From: Ramazzottius varieornatus
Lineage: Eukaryota; Animalia; Tardigrada
NCBI GenBank assembly: GCA_001949185.1
Contig: BDGG01000003.1
Location: 5,329,092 to 5,393,091, forward strand
Reading direction: 5' to 3'
Length of the DNA: 64,000 nt
The notes below the pieces were generated by a model. It had not been told where the DNA came from and ran no database searches. It was given only the letters and a program-made list of their open reading frames with translations. A program made the position numbers and the translations under genes. The first letter of the stretch is position 1. Every line of letters starts with the position of its first letter. Below, in pieces: positions 60,287 to 64,000 of the stretch.

Positions 60287-63200
60287 ATGTCGGACGCCGG
60301 AGACGCACAGTCGGATCAAGAAGTCAGCGCCGTCGGGAAGAAGCAAACGCGTGGCAAGGAAGGCAAGAAGGCTAAAAACAAGAAAGCCGACCTGGACGAT
60401 TTCGACATGGAAGCGGAACTGGCAGCTGCCGAAGCTCCTGACCCCAAGATGGAAAAGCCTAAACCAGCTGCCAAGGGAAAGAAGGGAGGTAAAGTGAAGG
60501 AAGAAGTGGATGAACCATCTGAAGACGATGGACCAGGCGAGCCTGTCAAGTCTAAGAAAGCTGGCAAGAAAACAGCTGTCACGCATGAAGTTGACATGGG
60601 AGCGGTCCTGACTGAACCAGCAAAACTTCCGTCGAAGCCAGCAGCTAAAGGTAAAAAGAATGTGAAAGCGAATGAAGAAGAATCGGCGGAGGAAGACGAA
60701 CGCGTCAGATCGACGACAGCTGCGAAAGGAAAGAAAGGTAGAAAACACTTGTGAAAAATATTCAACCTTGATTTTGATAATCGATATTATTGGTTTCATT
60801 TCAAGGTAAGAAGAACTTAGTGGAGAATGTGGATATGGAAAGTGAACCGACCGCGCTTGAGGCTGAAGTAGAGAAGCCTCCGTCGAAACCTACGGCGAAA
60901 GGGAAGAAGAACGCCAAGCTCGAGGTGGACGACGAAGAAGCAGATGAGCCAGCGGCTGTGATACCAGCTGTGAAATCTGCAAAGGGGAAGAAAGGCAGAA
61001 AAGGCGCTTTCGAGCAAGTTGACGTGGAAGCTGAATTAGCAGCGTTGGACGCGGAAAGTAAGGTAAATGAGACGGAGAAAGCTCAAGCGAAGCCCGCACC
61101 TGGTAAAGCGAAGAAGGCTGGGAAGAATGTTTCGGAGGAGGAGGAACCGGAGAAGGAAGAAGTCAGGAAAGAGGAAACAGCAAAAACTACGAAAGGAAAG
61201 AAAGGTGAGAAACTTCCCAATGCAGGTTTCAGTTTAGAATTTGGGAGCTCGGAAAGAAACTGGACAAAACCAGTTTTCAGAGTGACGCACGTCTACAGCC
61301 AACGGCACTGAAAATGTGCGTCACTGGGGAGAACACTGAAACTCGACAAGACTGCCTTTCCAAGTGGCGCATGCTCACATACCGCAGCACCGGACGTGCG
61401 CGCCACTTGGGAAACGATCTGGTTCGGTTTATCTGCTCGGCTCCCGTATCTGGGATTGTTCTTCCGAAATGGATTTTTGTTGGTTGTTTTTTTTCAGGCA
61501 AGAAGAATGCCACGGAGGATATCGATATGGAGGCTGAACCAGCCGCGCTTGATGCCGAAGCAAAGGCCGAGAAGCCGGCTGGTAAAGGAAAGAAAGGAAT
61601 GCAGGCTGAGCAAGAAGAAGCTGAAGCACCAAAAGAGGAAGAAACAACGGGAAAGGCGAAGAAGTCAACGAAGAAGGGAGCTTCGACAGCTTCAGGTCCT
61701 TCAGTTGAGCCTGCTGTTGACAAGTCCGAGGCAGCTGATGCGAAGAAAGGTGAGACCGGTGCGGCGAAGAAGCCTGGCGCGAAGGTGACGCAGAAAGATC
61801 TAATGAAAGAACATCTGAGGAAAATCCAAGAGGAAAAAGAACGATTGATGAAGGAAGAGGAAGAAAGGATCCGACAAGAAGAGGAAGCTGAACAGCAAAG
61901 GTTGGACGAAATTCAGAAAGAGAAGGAGAGAAAGGAAAAGAAAAAGGCTAAGGAGAAAGAACGCAAGGAAAAGCTGAAAGCCGAAGGTTGGTAAAACTTA
62001 ATTTCTAAAAGCGCGATCGAAATTGTTTCGCTTTCGATTTTTTGTTGTAAGAGGCTAACTCGGCCAAGTCGTTTTTCAAGTGGAACACGATTCCAGCTAA
62101 CAACATAGGGAACATGCGCCAGTTGGGAAAACAATCAGGCTGTGCAAAATCGTGTCTCCGAGTGGCGCAAGCTTCAGCTTACAATGTTGTGAATCTGCGC
62201 CACTTGGTAATACAGTTACAGCACGTCGAATCTGTTTGCAGCGCTCCCTTCTTATTTATGCAGGCAGGCTGCTGACACCAAAGCAGAAGGCTGATCAAGC
62301 CCGTGCCCAAGCTATGCTGGAGGCCTTGAAAGCCCAAGGTGTCACGGTTGGAGGAGCGAAAGGTCCAGCTGGTCCGCGAAAACCCCCCGGAAAGAAGACT
62401 CAGCGACAAGCGTCGGACGAAACTACCTCCACTGAAGCCACTTCACAGCCCGACCTTCCGGCCAACGATGAAAAAGACAAGGAAGAAGATGGGGAGGAAG
62501 AGGCCGAGTCGGACGAAGCTGTGGACAATTGGGAGGAGGTTCTGAAGAGTGACAACGAGGACTGGCAGAATGAAGAACCGATCACTGCGGTGGAATTGAA
62601 GAAAGGTAGCGTGGCGAAGGTGAAGGAAGCGAAGACCGTGGAAGATGGTGTGGCAGGTGGCGAGGTGGAACTGACGGTGGCCAAGGAGGGACGAGTGCAG
62701 AAACTCGGGCAGCTTCGATCGGCTGTCGTTTGCGTCATGGGACACGTCGATACGGGAAAGACCAAGATCTTGGACAAGATTCGACGAACTAACGTCCAGG
62801 TTAGACACTCGTCTCTTGATAACCCACCAAAGTCTTCACGGTGGGAAAGACAGAAACACTTCGGGGGCTTTTCAGATAGCTGGATACACATAATCGTTAA
62901 GTTAGCTCGTAAGTATGTATGCAGGTGGGTGAAGCATCTGTAAAGCGAGTCGTTTTACGAACCTGCATACATGATGCTATTAGTCTATCGTGCAGTCTTG
63001 TGTGTAGGCGGGTGAGGGATGCTTGGATTTGTCCGCTGGCTTGTCGATCGCTGTGAGTCTTTGGGCTCAGTCTTCTTTTTTGTGTTCAGGATATGGAAGC
63101 TGGTGGTATCACGCAGCAAATTGGTGCCACAATGGTGCCCGCTGACGCCATCCAGACGCATAGCTCGATGGTGCGTGGTTTTGCTCAAGCAGACTTGCGT

Positions 63201-64000
63201 CTGCCAGGTCTGCTCATCATCGACACACCCGGCCACGAGTCTTTCAGCAACCTTCGTTCACGAGGCTCCTCTCTGTGCGACATCGCCATCTTGGTCGTCG
63301 ATATCATGCACGGCCTCGAGCCGCAGACCATCGAGTCCCTCAACATGCTGCGGTCGCGAAAGACTCCCTTCATCGTAGCTCTGAACAAAGTCGACCGTCT
63401 CTTCAGCTGGAAGTCCTTCCCGCAGAAAGATATTCGCGATGCGGTGGAAGCGCAGGCCAAGAATGTCCAGAATGAATTCCGTGAGAGGTAAAAATGAAAA
63501 TAGGGGTAAATAACCGGACAATCTCGCACCTACGTACAGCTTACCGAAAAGCCGCCTTAGTCCTTTGCGCGGTGGCTGATGAGCGAATCAGCGGCACGTA
63601 CCTGTGTGTCTTGCCTCATCCACCTACATACCAGAACGCCCATTTATCGTACATTCGTTTGTATGCAGGTGGTGAAGGGTTGTATCGAGGTTGCTGTCGT
63701 GCTCCATCAAGGAGTTCGCTCAGCATTTTCTAATAGCTTTCTGTTTTTATTTTCTTCAGAGTGAGGTCGACTATCGTCCACTTTGCTGAACAAGGCATGA
63801 ACGCCGCGCTCTTTTACGAGAACAGCGACCCGAAGACATTCATTTCCATGGTCCCGACATCCGCTCACTCAGGTGACGGCATGGGTAACCTGATGGCGTT
63901 GATCGTGGACCTGTGTCAGACCATGTTAGCCAAGAGACTAACGTTCTCGAATGACTTGGCCTGTACCGTTTTGGAAGTGAAAGAACTGACAGGGTTGGGC
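60287..64000 (+). CDS. EIF5B: Eukaryotic translation initiation factor 5B (3' end beyond the window)
   Basis: K/E-rich N-terminus, [83 protein letters not shown]. Confidence 0.97.

Larger units (their letters stand above)
52748..62250. repeat. Intronic MITE-like family of CCAAGTGGCGCA-N26/27-TGCGCCACTTGG modules (7 loci, 12 modules)
   Basis: Modules start at about 52781, 52861, 54272, 54352, 54947, 55030, 55538, 57675, 61278, 61360, 62076 and 62158. Outer TIR is roughly GGAGCTCGGCAAAC...GTTTGCCGAGCTCC. Confidence 0.9.

Noticed and set aside
52781-62210. CRISPR-like reading of the repeat/constant-length-spacer modules
   Set aside because: The arms are inverted, occur one or two per locus inside spliceosomal introns, the spacers share a loose consensus, and no cas genes are present.
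60257-63529. Antisense ORFs over eIF5B
   Set aside because: Expected from the low-complexity codon usage of the sense gene.

Overview
Eukaryotic (animal) genomic DNA with short spliceosomal introns. Gene content and style suggest a tardigrade such as Ramazzottius or Hypsibius, but this is inference only. Positions ~1-52 kb form a transposon-rich accessory zone. It holds CRE-like RLE retrotransposon tails, Helitron remnants, many hAT/Tc1-type MITEs, a decayed DIRS/Ngaro element, a 5'-truncated LINE and a near-intact Tc1. Its genes are a cyclase-less natriuretic-peptide-receptor-like gene, two tandem disabled TRH-receptor-like GPCRs, three intronless glycan-modifying genes (GT32, a CASD1/SGNH-like pseudogene split by a hAT and a LINE, a GT92/GT2-like gene) and two small secreted-protein genes, one mucin-like. 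Positions ~52-64 kb form a compact housekeeping block: Nup93, YRDC/Sua5, a deoxynucleoside kinase and eIF5B. Seven introns in this block carry one modular palindromic element, CCAAGTGGCGCA-N26/27-TGCGCCACTTGG, with conserved arms and spacer length but variable spacer sequence. All exon boundaries and alignments were read by eye.
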